Shown: positions 47,871 to 58,039 of the stretch, piece by piece
How the letters are laid out: each line of letters opens with the position of its first letter
Position numbering within the stretch: the stretch's first letter is position 1
Origin: an uncultured bacterium
Lineage (GTDB): Bacteria; Vulcanimicrobiota; CADAWZ01
Direction of reading: 5' to 3'
DNA length: 64,000 nucleotides
NCBI GenBank assembly: GCA_902790465.1
Contig: CADASF010000006.1
Span: forward strand, 20,964 to 84,963
Notes under the pieces: generated by a model
Told to the model about the DNA's origin: nothing
The model's input: only the letters and a program-made list of their open reading frames with translations
The model's database searches: none
Position numbers and translations under genes: made by a program

Positions 47871-48893
47871 ATGAAAAAAATTAGTTTTTTTTATTCCCTT
47901 TTATTTGTACTTATATGTACATTTGTTGCAAATGCTGAAGAAATGAAATTTACAGATAGCATGATTTGGATTCAAGTAGGAAATCAAATAAAAGATGTAG
48001 ATGATGAAATGATTGACAAAATAAAAGAATGTGGATTCAAAAAAATTGTTTTACTTCATTCATCTATAGATGACAAGGGATATTTTCCAAAATTAAATAG
48101 CATTGTTAAAAGAGCTCATAAAAAAGATATTTTAGTCTCTGTTGGAACTCTTGTTTTTAAAGACACATTTCAAAAAAGATATTGGACAAAACACCCTGAT
48201 TTGAGACATAGAGGAAAAGATGGCAAAGAAAGTCCTAATAAATATTATCACTATCAGATATGTCCAAACAATCCATTAAATCATGAATATATGGCTGATT
48301 TTATGGTTAGAAAAGCAAGAGAAAGTGGAGCTGATGAAGTACATATCGACTATGAAATTGCACCTTGTTATTGTGATTACTGTTGCAATAAATTTAAAGA
48401 GGCTACAGGATTAGATGCAAAGGAAATTTCAGAAACAGACCCACGTTGGATGGAATGGAGATCGAAGTCAACAAGAGATTTCTTCAGTCTTCTTGCAAGA
48501 AAATGTAGAACACAAGATAAACCTTTAATGCTCAGTTCTACTGCTCCTGTGATTGGATATGCTGGAGGATTTTCAGCTTATGGAACAGATATGAGATATG
48601 AAGATTTGACAATATCTGTAGATGAATTTCAGCCAATGATATATATATCTGTTAAAAATCCACCAGAGATGGCTGGAGATAAATACGAAGCTATAAAAAT
48701 AAGGGTACTAGGTAGAAAAGTTGTTCCAGGTATAATAATAAATGAAGAGGGAACTATGAATATAAAGACAAGGGAAAGAGTTGAACAGGAAATGCGTTCG
48801 CTTTTTGAAAAAGGAGGAAATACCCTAGCCGTTTTTGAAGTCAGATATATAAATGATGAGTTGAAAGAATTATTCAAAGAAACTTTAAAATAG
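47871..48893 (+). CDS. Exported glycoside hydrolase-like TIM-barrel protein (GHL10-like)
   Basis: Signal peptide, CPNNP, VHIDY, CYCDYC, W..WR, PMIY. Confidence 0.65.
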   Translation: MKKISFFYSLLFVLICTFVANAEEMKFTDSMIWIQVGNQIKDVDDEMIDKIKECGFKKIVLLHSSIDDKGYFPKLNSIVKRAHKKDILVSVGTLVFKDTFQKRYWTKHPDLRHRGKDGKESPNKYYHYQICPNNPLNHEYMADFMVRKARESGADEVHIDYEIAPCYCDYCCNKFKEATGLDAKEISETDPRWMEWRSKSTRDFFSLLARKCRTQDKPLMLSSTAPVIGYAGGFSAYGTDMRYEDLTISVDEFQPMIYISVKNPPEMAGDKYEAIKIRVLGRKVVPGIIINEEGTMNIKTRERVEQEMRSLFEKGGNTLAVFEVRYINDELKELFKETLK

Positions 48894-48968
48894 TAGCAAA
48901 AGTGAAATTGAAACATTTTACAGAAAAATACCTCACTATATGTAAATAACAAAATTGGAGATAATATT

Positions 48969-50225
48969 GTGAAAAATAAATTTTTCTATAGCTTTATATA
49001 TTTGTTTGTTTTTCTTTTATGTGTAAATACAGCACATGCACAACAGCAAAATTATATAATAAAAAGTCTCCTCGATATTGCCTCTACGATAAGAAGTGAA
49101 TTTTATAAACAAGTACCAGAAGAAACATTGTATAACGGAGCATTAAAAGAAATAAAACAAAAATATAATTTAGATGTTCCAGCAGTAAAAGACCAGAGAC
49201 AATTTGTTTCTGCTATCTCATCTTTTTTTAAAAAATACCCATCTGATTCTGGAAAAATAGGCGAATTGGCTGTAAAGGGAATGATAAAAAGTCTAAACGA
49301 TCAATATTCTCTTTTCTTTGATACACAGCAATGGGAATATTTTAAAAAAGTTTCAAGTGGCAGTGAATTCACAGGAATAGGTGTTGAGCTTGCAAAAAAG
49401 AACGGCAATTTTATTATAGTTTCACCTGTCTATGGTAGTTCAGCTCAAAAAGCAGGATTGCGGGCAGGCGATGTAATTGTAGGTGTTGCTGGTAAAAATG
49501 TAAAAGGAATGGACGATTTAGATGTCTTAAATCTTTTTGACGGATATGCTAATACAATTCTTGATTTACAAGTTGTGAGAAATGGGCAAGTAAAAAATTT
49601 TAAGGTAAAAAGAACTCCACTTTCAATGCATGCTCCCAAAGGCTCTATTTTAAAAGCAGGTGATCAAGTTGGTTATGTCAGGATTTTTTATTTTTCAGAT
49701 AAAACAGATTTAGAAGTTAAAAAATATCTTGAAAATATGAAAAATCGTGGAATCAAAAAATTGATAATTGATTTGAGAGACAATCCAGGGGGAGATTTTA
49801 AGGCTTCTGTTAGATTGGCTTCAATGTTTTTAGGAAGACAAACAGTTGTTACAAGAACAAGAAATGGTGGAGTTTCTGAAAAAGTAGTTGGCGATTCTGA
49901 TAAAATTTTTGATTTTAAGACAGTTATTCTTGTAAATAGAGGTTCCGCAAGTGCTTCTGAAGTTTTTTCAGGGGCAATGCAAGATTATAAAATAGCAACT
50001 TTAATAGGTGAGCAGACTTTTGGAAAAGCATTGATTCAATCTGTTTATGGACTTCAAGGAAATGCAGGTTGTAAAATAACAACAGCAAAATATTATCCAC
50101 CTTCAGGGCGTGATATTTTGTACAAAGGATTGACACCTTCTTTTAAAGTCGCAACTCCAGAACCAAGAGAAAAAGTTTCTGATGATGTCTGTATAAATAC
50201 GGCATTGAATTATTTGAAAAAATAG
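48969..50225 (+). CDS. Second S41 family protease with PDZ domain
   Basis: FTGIGV, IDLRDNPGG, SASASEV, FGKA. Confidence 0.88.
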   Translation: MKNKFFYSFIYLFVFLLCVNTAHAQQQNYIIKSLLDIASTIRSEFYKQVPEETLYNGALKEIKQKYNLDVPAVKDQRQFVSAISSFFKKYPSDSGKIGELAVKGMIKSLNDQYSLFFDTQQWEYFKKVSSGSEFTGIGVELAKKNGNFIIVSPVYGSSAQKAGLRAGDVIVGVAGKNVKGMDDLDVLNLFDGYANTILDLQVVRNGQVKNFKVKRTPLSMHAPKGSILKAGDQVGYVRIFYFSDKTDLEVKKYLENMKNRGIKKLIIDLRDNPGGDFKASVRLASMFLGRQTVVTRTRNGGVSEKVVGDSDKIFDFKTVILVNRGSASASEVFSGAMQDYKIATLIGEQTFGKALIQSVYGLQGNAGCKITTAKYYPPSGRDILYKGLTPSFKVATPEPREKVSDDVCINTALNYLKK

Positions 50226-50233
50226 GGGGATTT

Positions 50234-50719
50234 ATGAAAAAGTATTTATTTAGATTTTTTATTTTCTTGTTTTTGTTTATCTGCTTTGTACCAGTAAATG
50301 CTGATAATACCAATTTCAAAGAGTATGTAAATGCTCGATATGGCTTTAAGATAACTTTTCCTGATATATTCACTGTTTCAAGAGAATCTCAAAATGGTGA
50401 TGGTATAACACTTTTAAATCCAGAAAAAAAGTTACATTTATTAGCTTGGGGTTCACATAATGTTTTAAATGAAACATTGGATTCATATTATAAAAAAGAG
50501 ATGAATTTTTTCACAAAAGTTGAAAAAAACATGATCGGTAATAATTTTTATATTATTGAAGGAAGCATCCCAACATTTGATGATCTTTACACATCAGAAG
50601 CAGGTAAGGTAACTGAAGACAAAATAATCGTTTATAGATTTTCATATCCCAAAAAAGATAAAGAAAAATTTGCAACAATGGTTTCTATTTTAAATGGAAA
50701 TATTGTAAACGGCAAATAA
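50234..50719 (+). CDS. Exported hypothetical protein
   Basis: Signal peptide; YVNARYGFKITFP...NGDG. Confidence 0.7.
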   Translation: MKKYLFRFFIFLFLFICFVPVNADNTNFKEYVNARYGFKITFPDIFTVSRESQNGDGITLLNPEKKLHLLAWGSHNVLNETLDSYYKKEMNFFTKVEKNMIGNNFYIIEGSIPTFDDLYTSEAGKVTEDKIIVYRFSYPKKDKEKFATMVSILNGNIVNGK

Positions 50720-50729
50720 AAATAAATAA

Positions 50730-50769
50730 AAAAAATGGTGGCTCAATATCTGAACCACCATTTTTTTTC
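50730..50769. terminator. Bidirectional terminator
   Basis: aaaaaatggtgg...ccaccatttttttt between convergent genes. Confidence 0.8.
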
Positions 50770-50771
50770 AC

Positions 50772-51428
50772 TTAGTCAAAAGTTATTGTATTTATAAGTT
50801 TATAAGCATCTTTTCTTGATTTTTCAAATCTGCTTGGAATACTTGAGATTGTTATTACATAACCACGATTTCCAACTGCTATGTATAATTGTTCTTGTTG
50901 TATTGTTGGACCGTTAGCATTTTGAGTAAATTTTATTACTCTTCCTTCATATCCATCTATTGTAACTTTTCCTTTAGCTAATAATTTGAAATTTGAAATT
51001 GAATTGCTCAATTGTTTTAGACTTAAATCAAAATATTCTTGGCTATTCATTTCTTGTGGAAGAGTTTCACCACATATCAACATATTATCTCTAAAACTAT
51101 TATCATCAGCTAATGGAAGAAAACTCAAAAATAATATTGGATTTTGAGCTGCTTCATCATTTACGATCCAAGATGCTGGAAATTGGAAATTTATTCCAAA
51201 TATACTTTTGGATATCATTCCCTTTTGTACTGCTTTTTTAGATGTGTTAGTTCTCTGTTGTTGAGTATATACTGGTTTATTAGATGATGGTGATGATTTT
51301 TGTATTTGTTGTCTTCCAGAACCTCCTCCGTCAAGATCGGAAGGCCATTGAGCATAGGCAACTTGTGAAAATGTAAATACAGCACAAATCGACAATACAA
51401 AAGCAAATGTTTTTAAAATTTTATTCAT
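50772..51428 (-). CDS. Exported PsbP/DcrB-like protein
   Basis: Signal peptide AYA; FQFPASW, VTIDGYEG, GYVITIS. Confidence 0.7.
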   Translation of the reverse strand: MNKILKTFAFVLSICAVFTFSQVAYAQWPSDLDGGGSGRQQIQKSSPSSNKPVYTQQQRTNTSKKAVQKGMISKSIFGINFQFPASWIVNDEAAQNPILFLSFLPLADDNSFRDNMLICGETLPQEMNSQEYFDLSLKQLSNSISNFKLLAKGKVTIDGYEGRVIKFTQNANGPTIQQEQLYIAVGNRGYVITISSIPSRFEKSRKDAYKLINTITFD

Positions 51429-51504
51429 AAAATATCTCCTAAAAAGCCTATAAAAAATCTTTACACAAAGGTTTTTTATAGGCTTTAATAAAAATTAAAT
51501 GTAA

Positions 51505-52020
51505 TTAATCATTGATTCCAAGTAGCTCTACATCAAAAACAAGTGTTGCATTTGGTGGAATTATATATTGACCAGTGCGTCTATCCTGTATGCCTCTTGG
51601 TCCATATCCCAATTTTCCAGGGACGATCAATTTTCTTTGACCGCCAATTTTCATTGTTGCAACGCCTTCATCCCAACCAGGTATCACTTGACCTACTCCA
51701 AGTCTGAATTTAAATGGAGTGCCTCTGTCTCTACTTGAATCGAACTTTTTGCCATCTTCAAAAGTTCCTACATAATGAACAGTAACTACATCTCCAACTT
51801 TTGGTGAAGCACCTGTTCCTACTTTTATATCTTCATATTGAAGACCTGTTTGGGTTGTAACCACTTTTTTATTTCCTTTCTTGTTGATTTTATTGCTCTT
51901 GTTTGCCTTTTTGTGTTGCTTTGCAGAAACTAAATTAAAATCGGTATTTGCATAGGCTTGAACTGTAAAAGCCAATAAAACAAAAAGACTTACATAGAGA
52001 ATATTAAAAAATTTTTTCAT
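51505..52020 (-). CDS. FKBP-type peptidyl-prolyl isomerase
   Basis: [40 protein letters not shown]. Confidence 0.95.
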   Translation of the reverse strand: MKKFFNILYVSLFVLLAFTVQAYANTDFNLVSAKQHKKANKSNKINKKGNKKVVTTQTGLQYEDIKVGTGASPKVGDVVTVHYVGTFEDGKKFDSSRDRGTPFKFRLGVGQVIPGWDEGVATMKIGGQRKLIVPGKLGYGPRGIQDRRTGQYIIPPNATLVFDVELLGIND

Positions 52021-52272
52021 GTTCTTACTCCTTTCATTTAAAAAAACATTCTTTTTTTAGTCTTCTTAAACCTCTATTTTAATAAGACGATTTTTTTATA
52101 ATATTATTTCAAATGTTCAAAATTCAAAAAATAACTTTTGGGGCTTGAAATCAATTTTGAAATATTTTTAAAAAATTACAGTTTTGAAACTTTTTTGAGA
52201 AGTATTTTCAAAGGATTAATAATAGTTTCAAAGAAAATATTTTTTATAATTTTTTTATATGGAAGAGTTCTT

Positions 52273-54669
52273 ATGCCAAAATACATATTGACATTAAATG
52301 TTGGTTCATCAGGAATTGATTCTTGTCTTTTTGATGAAAGTTTGCAATCAGTAGCAAATGTTTTTGTTCCTTTGTCAACTTATACTAGTGAGATACATCC
52401 AGATACTTTGATAAATATGTTTATTGACAGTGTAAGAAGGCTTTTGATGAAAATGAAGTCAAAGCCTGGAACTGTTTCGGCTCTTTGTGTTACTGCAGAG
52501 CCTTATTCTTATGTCTGTGTTGATAAAAATAACAATCCTATATCTTTGATATCTCTTTGGAGTGATGGAAAGAATTTAACAAAAAATGAATTAAAAGTTT
52601 TTGAAGGTAGGGAAGAAGAGTTTTATAAAAAAACAGGTTGTCCTTTATCTTCTGCTTTTCCATTTAAAAGAATGTATTGGTCAAAGTTGAGAAATTATGA
52701 TAAGTTTATAGATACTTATAAGTTTTTGTCATTGAAAAGTTATTTAGTCGCCATTTTAACTAAACAATTTGTTGAAGATATTGCAACTGCTTCTTTATCT
52801 GGTTTATTTGATATTAATGATAAATATTGGAGTTTTGATTCTTTAAGACTTCTTGAAATTACTGAAGCCAAGTTGCCTGTTTTAAAATCTCCTTATGATA
52901 TTGTTGGTTGGCTTTATCCTGATATAGCTAAAAAATGTGGTTTAGGTGGTAAAGTTCCTGTTGTTTTGGGAATGTCTTCTGTTGCTGCCGTAAATTTGGC
53001 TTCTAGTGTTATTCCTTCAGAAGAAATATGTATTCACATGGATTATTGCACTTCTATGCAGGTTTTAGCTACGTCATTGCCACGAATTGCTGAAAATCAG
53101 TCATTATGGTATTCCCTTGCAGATGAAATGACTTATATTTGGGGAGGGATAACAAATGCTGGAAATGGAATTATACGCAATTTTTTAAAAACTTTCTTTT
53201 CAGGTGGAATTGATCCAGACCTATTTAAAATGGAAATGGAAAAAAGATTTGCTAATCCAACTGATTTGATGTGTTTTCCTTTTTTCCATGGAGAGAGAAC
53301 TCCTATTTGGAACTCTTTAATTAGAGGATCATTTATAGGCATGGATTATAATACTTCTTCTTTTGATTTTATGGCCTCTATATTTGAAAGTATAGCTTTT
53401 TGTATTTATAGTATATATAAACAGATGATTTCTATCGGGGGAAAATTTAAAAAAGTTAAATTTATAAATACATCTGGTCAATGGTCATTTTTTGTTCAGT
53501 TTTTAGCAAATATATTCAATAGAAATATAGAATATTCTGATTCACCTTCTATAGTTTGTTTGGGAGCAGCTATAGCTTCAAAAGTTGCTCTTGGCGAAAA
53601 TGTATCTGCAGCACAGTCAATTAAATCTGCTGGATTTAAACAGATAAGACCAGAAAATTCTATTTTTACCTCCATAAGTGAAAGATATGCTAATTGGTTA
53701 GAAGAATTGAATTATCAATATAATTTAAATGGTAATTATTATATCGATAATAATCCATCTTCTTTTAAGAATAGTGATGATTATCCAGTTACATCTAATT
53801 TTCAGCAATCATCTAATAAGTTTCAAACTCAGCCTCTTATTTCTTCAGTTGAATTTAAATCATCTAAAAATATTCAATCAAAACAAAATGTTGAGGCGAC
53901 ATCTGCAAGAGTTTCAGATAAGAAAAAGTTAGGTTCTTTAAAAGTATATAGAATGCCTAATATATCATCTGTGAATGATAATCAAATGCAATCTAATATG
54001 GGTATGCAAGGAAATCAAATGCAACAACAACGCATGCCTGCTCCTCCGCCTGTTCCTAATATGGCTCCGCCTCGTATTCCAAATATGCAGGCACCAGCTA
54101 TACCAAGAATGCAGGCTCCTGCTCTTCCGCCTATGCCGAGAATGCAGGCTCCGCCAGGTATGCAGGCTCCGCCTCCTCCGCCTATGCCGAATATGCAGGC
54201 TCCGCCTCCTCCGCCTATGCCGAGTATGCAGGCTCCGCCTCCTCCGCCTATGCCGAGTATGCAGGCTCCGCCTCCTCCGCCTATGCCGAGTATGCAAGCT
54301 CCGCCTCCTCCGCCTATGCCGAGTATGCAGGCTCCACCTCCACCTCCGCCTATGCCGAGTATGCAGGCTCCGCCTCCTCCTCCGCCTATGCCGAGTATGC
54401 AGGCTCCGCCTCCTCCTCCGCCTATGCCGAGTATGCAGGCTCCGCCTCCACCTCCGCCTATGCCGAGTATGCAGGCTCCGCCTCCACCTCCGCCTATGCC
54501 GAGTATGCAAGCTCCGCCTCCACCTCCACAGGGAATGGGTGGAGGATTGCCACCACCGCCTCCACCACCACAGGGAATGGGTGGAGGATTACCACCGCCG
54601 CCTCCACCACCTCGAATGGGAGGAGGATTACCACCACCGCCTCCGCCACCTCCAGGGATGAGGCGTTAA
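52273..54669 (+). CDS. FGGY/gluconokinase-like protein (catalytic motifs degenerate) with polyproline C-terminal tail
   Basis: [33 protein letters not shown]; start taken at ATG 52273 (MPKYIL). Confidence 0.8.
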   Translation: MPKYILTLNVGSSGIDSCLFDESLQSVANVFVPLSTYTSEIHPDTLINMFIDSVRRLLMKMKSKPGTVSALCVTAEPYSYVCVDKNNNPISLISLWSDGKNLTKNELKVFEGREEEFYKKTGCPLSSAFPFKRMYWSKLRNYDKFIDTYKFLSLKSYLVAILTKQFVEDIATASLSGLFDINDKYWSFDSLRLLEITEAKLPVLKSPYDIVGWLYPDIAKKCGLGGKVPVVLGMSSVAAVNLASSVIPSEEICIHMDYCTSMQVLATSLPRIAENQSLWYSLADEMTYIWGGITNAGNGIIRNFLKTFFSGGIDPDLFKMEMEKRFANPTDLMCFPFFHGERTPIWNSLIRGSFIGMDYNTSSFDFMASIFESIAFCIYSIYKQMISIGGKFKKVKFINTSGQWSFFVQFLANIFNRNIEYSDSPSIVCLGAAIASKVALGENVSAAQSIKSAGFKQIRPENSIFTSISERYANWLEELNYQYNLNGNYYIDNNPSSFKNSDDYPVTSNFQQSSNKFQTQPLISSVEFKSSKNIQSKQNVEATSARVSDKKKLGSLKVYRMPNISSVNDNQMQSNMGMQGNQMQQQRMPAPPPVPNMAPPRIPNMQAPAIPRMQAPALPPMPRMQAPPGMQAPPPPPMPNMQAPPPPPMPSMQAPPPPPMPSMQAPPPPPMPSMQAPPPPPMPSMQAPPPPPPMPSMQAPPPPPPMPSMQAPPPPPPMPSMQAPPPPPPMPSMQAPPPPPPMPSMQAPPPPPQGMGGGLPPPPPPPQGMGGGLPPPPPPPRMGGGLPPPPPPPPGMRR
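54160..54660 (+). repeat. Coding tandem repeat with 33/36-bp units
   Basis: 5x [10 protein letters not shown](S/N), 5x [12 protein letters not shown], one partial unit, then 3x MGGGLP7-8. Confidence 0.95.
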
Positions 54670-54695
54670 TTAGATAATTAAGTAAGGATAAATTT

Positions 54696-56138
54696 ATGGA
54701 ATCTATTTTATTTGATTTGAATCCTTCTATGAAGCAATTTACAGATAATGCTTTAAGAATGAATAATATGCTTCACAAGGCACAACATCATGAATCTAAA
54801 GCTAAAACATCTAAAGCTTCAAAAACAGCTGGTTCAAATATAGGAACAGATACAGCTTTTTCTGGAGATGATATGATGGGAGGCATGGATTTAGGAGATT
54901 ATAGGGGAGGAGGTTCTTCTTCTTTTGAATCATTTAGACAGAGTGAAGATGATTCAGATTCTCCTGATAGAAAGCCACCAAATTTATCGGCTATGCTTTC
55001 ATGCATGAATAATAATTCTACTTCAGAATTGCCCAGTAATATTTATCAAGACCAGAAAGTTAATAATCAAGTTTTGCCTGTATCGGAAAATTCTTATAGA
55101 CAAAATGATTCAGAAAATAATTTAAGTGTAACTTCTCCAGAAAATAATAATGGAGATGTTTTGAGTGGGAATGACGATAAGAATTATTCTGAATCTCAAA
55201 ATTCACAAGAAATACCTCTTGCCCAAGAAGAGATTTTGAAAGAACATAATTTTTCTGTTGATGTCGAACCGACAAAAGAAACAAAAGAATCTGAATCAGA
55301 TTCTGCTTCAACTGTATCTGAAAAAACAGAAAATAATAAAAAACATAAGAGTTCCAAATCTCAAGATCAAGTAGTAATATCTAAAGAACCTGAAAAGAAA
55401 CAGGAAGAAAAGACTGAGCCGAAAGCTGAAGTTAAAAAAGAATCTGCTTGGAATTCTCTTCTTTCTTTTGATGAGGGATTTTTGATTGCAACAGATGAAA
55501 AATTTTTACAGTTAGGGGCGGTTGACGAAGTCAATCCAGAAGAACCAGAAGCTGTTTCTTTTGAGAAAGTTTCAGTGCCAGTAGTAGATACTTCTGTTTC
55601 TGAGGTTGAAATTTTGAATTCTATGATTCCTATAAATGCTTTTAGTGATTATGAACATTCAATGCTTGTATATTATTTGTCATTTTATGGAAAAAAGATA
55701 TTGAAATTGTGTGCTGATTTTGGAATAAAGATTCTTCCAAATGGTATGAATAGTTCTTTGGGTATATATTCAAAAAATGAAAAGACTTGTTTTATACTTC
55801 CAAGTTCTTTAAATTCAAATGAATTATTTATAGCTCCAAGATTATATATGGCTGTTGCTTTCGATCATGCACTTGGTGGAGAAGATTTTTCTTCAGAAAA
55901 ATCACCAGCTGTTTTAAGTAGTTGGCAGATGTGTAGAGATAGAATTAATGGACATTTATTCCAAGATATATTTTCTTCAAGCACTCCTTCAAGATATTTT
56001 GCCCAATCTGTAGAATCTTTTTTGAGACAGAGAGATGAATGTCCCTATTCTTATTTTTTCAATCATGATCAACTTTATGATTATGACCGTTCAATGTTTT
56101 CTTATGTAGAATATCTATTTAATCAGATGAAAGGTTAA
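54696..56138 (+). CDS. Hypothetical protein: disordered acidic N-terminus plus degenerate ATLF-like zincin domain
   Basis: LGIY..., AVAFDHALG, RYFAQSVESF, LYDYDRSMFSYV recall the ATLF fold without HExxH. Confidence 0.6.
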   Translation: MESILFDLNPSMKQFTDNALRMNNMLHKAQHHESKAKTSKASKTAGSNIGTDTAFSGDDMMGGMDLGDYRGGGSSSFESFRQSEDDSDSPDRKPPNLSAMLSCMNNNSTSELPSNIYQDQKVNNQVLPVSENSYRQNDSENNLSVTSPENNNGDVLSGNDDKNYSESQNSQEIPLAQEEILKEHNFSVDVEPTKETKESESDSASTVSEKTENNKKHKSSKSQDQVVISKEPEKKQEEKTEPKAEVKKESAWNSLLSFDEGFLIATDEKFLQLGAVDEVNPEEPEAVSFEKVSVPVVDTSVSEVEILNSMIPINAFSDYEHSMLVYYLSFYGKKILKLCADFGIKILPNGMNSSLGIYSKNEKTCFILPSSLNSNELFIAPRLYMAVAFDHALGGEDFSSEKSPAVLSSWQMCRDRINGHLFQDIFSSSTPSRYFAQSVESFLRQRDECPYSYFFNHDQLYDYDRSMFSYVEYLFNQMKG

Positions 56139-56139
56139 C

Positions 56140-56457
56140 ATGTGTCAACTATTGATTTATCCACTTGTAAGAAGCAGTATTGGATATATTCCAGATGAAA
56201 ATTCACTTATTGCAAAAGTTACATTGGCAGAAGATGGAATATTTTATACTGAATGTGTTGATTGGGCTTTGAAAGAAAAAATAAATTCCATATTTAATAC
56301 TCCGATTTATGTAAGAAAATCAAATATGGATAACAACTATTTTTCTTTTGAATATTCAATTTTAAATCCTTCTAAGGGAGAGTTTTTGGAAGAAATTCTC
56401 TATAGGCTTACTCTTTATAATTTATGGGGAAAATATTATGTTCCCAAAAAAGATTAA
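56140..56457 (+). CDS. Hypothetical protein
   Basis: ORF tightly coupled to both neighbours. Confidence 0.65.
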   Translation: MCQLLIYPLVRSSIGYIPDENSLIAKVTLAEDGIFYTECVDWALKEKINSIFNTPIYVRKSNMDNNYFSFEYSILNPSKGEFLEEILYRLTLYNLWGKYYVPKKD

Positions 56458-56716
56458 TTTTGAAGACCTTCCATGTGCTAAATGCAAAGACCATTGTTGT
56501 GAAAAGTTTTTTATTATATTGACAGGTGTGAAAGATAAAGATTGGATAAAATGGCTAGCTTATCATGAGGGAGTAGATGTGAAGAGGCTTGACAAAGAAA
56601 ATATTCAAGTTTGGATTAACAATAAATGTTCTTATCTAAATGAGGATAAGTCATGTTCAATATATAATAAACGACCTGATGTGTGTAGAAAATTTCAATG
56701 TCCATATAAAAAGTGA
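56438..56716 (+). CDS. YkgJ-family (CxxCxxCC) metal-binding protein
   Basis: CAKCKDHCC...CSYL....CSIYNKRPDVCRKF. Confidence 0.85.
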   Translation: MFPKKINFEDLPCAKCKDHCCEKFFIILTGVKDKDWIKWLAYHEGVDVKRLDKENIQVWINNKCSYLNEDKSCSIYNKRPDVCRKFQCPYKK

Positions 56717-56729
56717 GTTTTTTAGCTTT

Positions 56730-56860
56730 TTATTAACTTGGAAATTAAATAATTAGTGCAAAGAGAAAGTAATTGCAAAATTAATAACAAAAATTGATTT
56801 CTTAAAAAAAGACACCACACAAAAGTTGCTAATTCAAATTATTTAATATCTGACTTATTA
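56730..56860. repeat. Shortened copy of a palindromic MITE-like element
   Basis: Shares ttattaact.ggaaattaaataatt and cc.cacaaaagttgctaattcaaattatttaa with 63712-63907. Confidence 0.7.
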
Positions 56861-56953
56861 ACTTGCTTTAAAATATATTTTCTTTATCAATTTAGAAAAT
56901 AAGACTGAATAAGTTTAAAAAGTGAAAAATAAAATATGAAATGGGGTGATTTT

Positions 56954-58039
56954 GTGTCTAAATTTGATAATCTGTCAATAAGAGAACGATTTGAACATCG
57001 TGAAGTTGCTCTTCTATCAAAAAGAGCTTGTCTTTCGATAAATTCAAAAGGCAGAAAAGTTTTTGAAGAAAAATGTTCTACAAGAACAGATTTTCAAAGA
57101 GATAGGGATAGAATTATTTATTCAAAAGCCTTTAAAAGACTTAAACACAAAACACAATGTTTCATATATCCAGAAGGAGATTATTTTAGGACAAGACTTA
57201 CACATACACTTGAAGTTACACAGATTGGAAGATCTATTGCAAGAGCATTAAATTTAAATGAAGATTTGACAGAAGCAATAGGTCTTGGTCATGATTTAGG
57301 ACATGCTCCATTTGGACATGCAGGCGAAAAAATACTCGATTCAATTTTGACTTCAATTTCTCCAAATGAGCGTTTCAGACACAATGAACAGTCTTTGAGA
57401 GTCGTAGATGTCCTTGAAAATAATAGAAAAGGATTAAACTTGACTTATGAAGTCAGAAATGGAATTTTAAAACATACTAAAGGTCGTTCTGATTTGCATG
57501 TTGGAGATTCTGATAAATCATTTATGCCATGCACTCTTGAAGGCAGAATAATAAGAATTTCCGACAGGGTTGGATATTTAAATCACGATATAGATGATTC
57601 TATTATGGCAGGGATTATAAAAGAATCCGATCTTCCAAAAGAAGTTGTTAAAGAAATTGGTTCAACATCTTCTCAACGACTAAATGCGATGATTTCAGAT
57701 ATTATAAACATGAGTTTAGAAAAAGATGACATATACATGAGTGAAAAAATGTATGAATGTTTAAATATTTTGAAAGAATTTATGTTTCAAAGAGTTTATA
57801 CAGACCCTAATGCAAAATTAGAGGAAGTAAAAGCAAGAAGAATGTTGGAAAGTATGTTTGAATATTTTAGAAAAAATCCAAATAAAATTCCAAGCGATTT
57901 TTTAAATGATGATATATCTCTTGAAAGAAGTATATCTGATTATATATCTGGAATGAGTGATTCTTTTGCAATTTATACTTATGAAGAGATATTTATTCCA
58001 AAAGTTTGGGATTTTTCTGTTTTAAAACGTGAAAATTGA
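56954..58039 (+). CDS. dgt: Deoxyguanosinetriphosphate triphosphohydrolase
   Basis: FQRDRDRI, RTRLTHTLEV, GHDLGHAPFGHAGE; GTG start after GGGGTGA (ORF is open from 56936). Confidence 0.92.
   Translation: MSKFDNLSIRERFEHREVALLSKRACLSINSKGRKVFEEKCSTRTDFQRDRDRIIYSKAFKRLKHKTQCFIYPEGDYFRTRLTHTLEVTQIGRSIARALNLNEDLTEAIGLGHDLGHAPFGHAGEKILDSILTSISPNERFRHNEQSLRVVDVLENNRKGLNLTYEVRNGILKHTKGRSDLHVGDSDKSFMPCTLEGRIIRISDRVGYLNHDIDDSIMAGIIKESDLPKEVVKEIGSTSSQRLNAMISDIINMSLEKDDIYMSEKMYECLNILKEFMFQRVYTDPNAKLEEVKARRMLESMFEYFRKNPNKIPSDFLNDDISLERSISDYISGMSDSFAIYTYEEIFIPKVWDFSVLKREN

Noticed and set aside
52138-52272. N-terminal extension of the FGGY-like ORF
   Set aside because: Family homology begins at MPKYIL (52273)
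53965-54661. Arg-rich (minus strand) and Cys/Arg/Leu-rich (plus strand) ORFs
   Set aside because: Alternative frames of the polyproline tandem repeat
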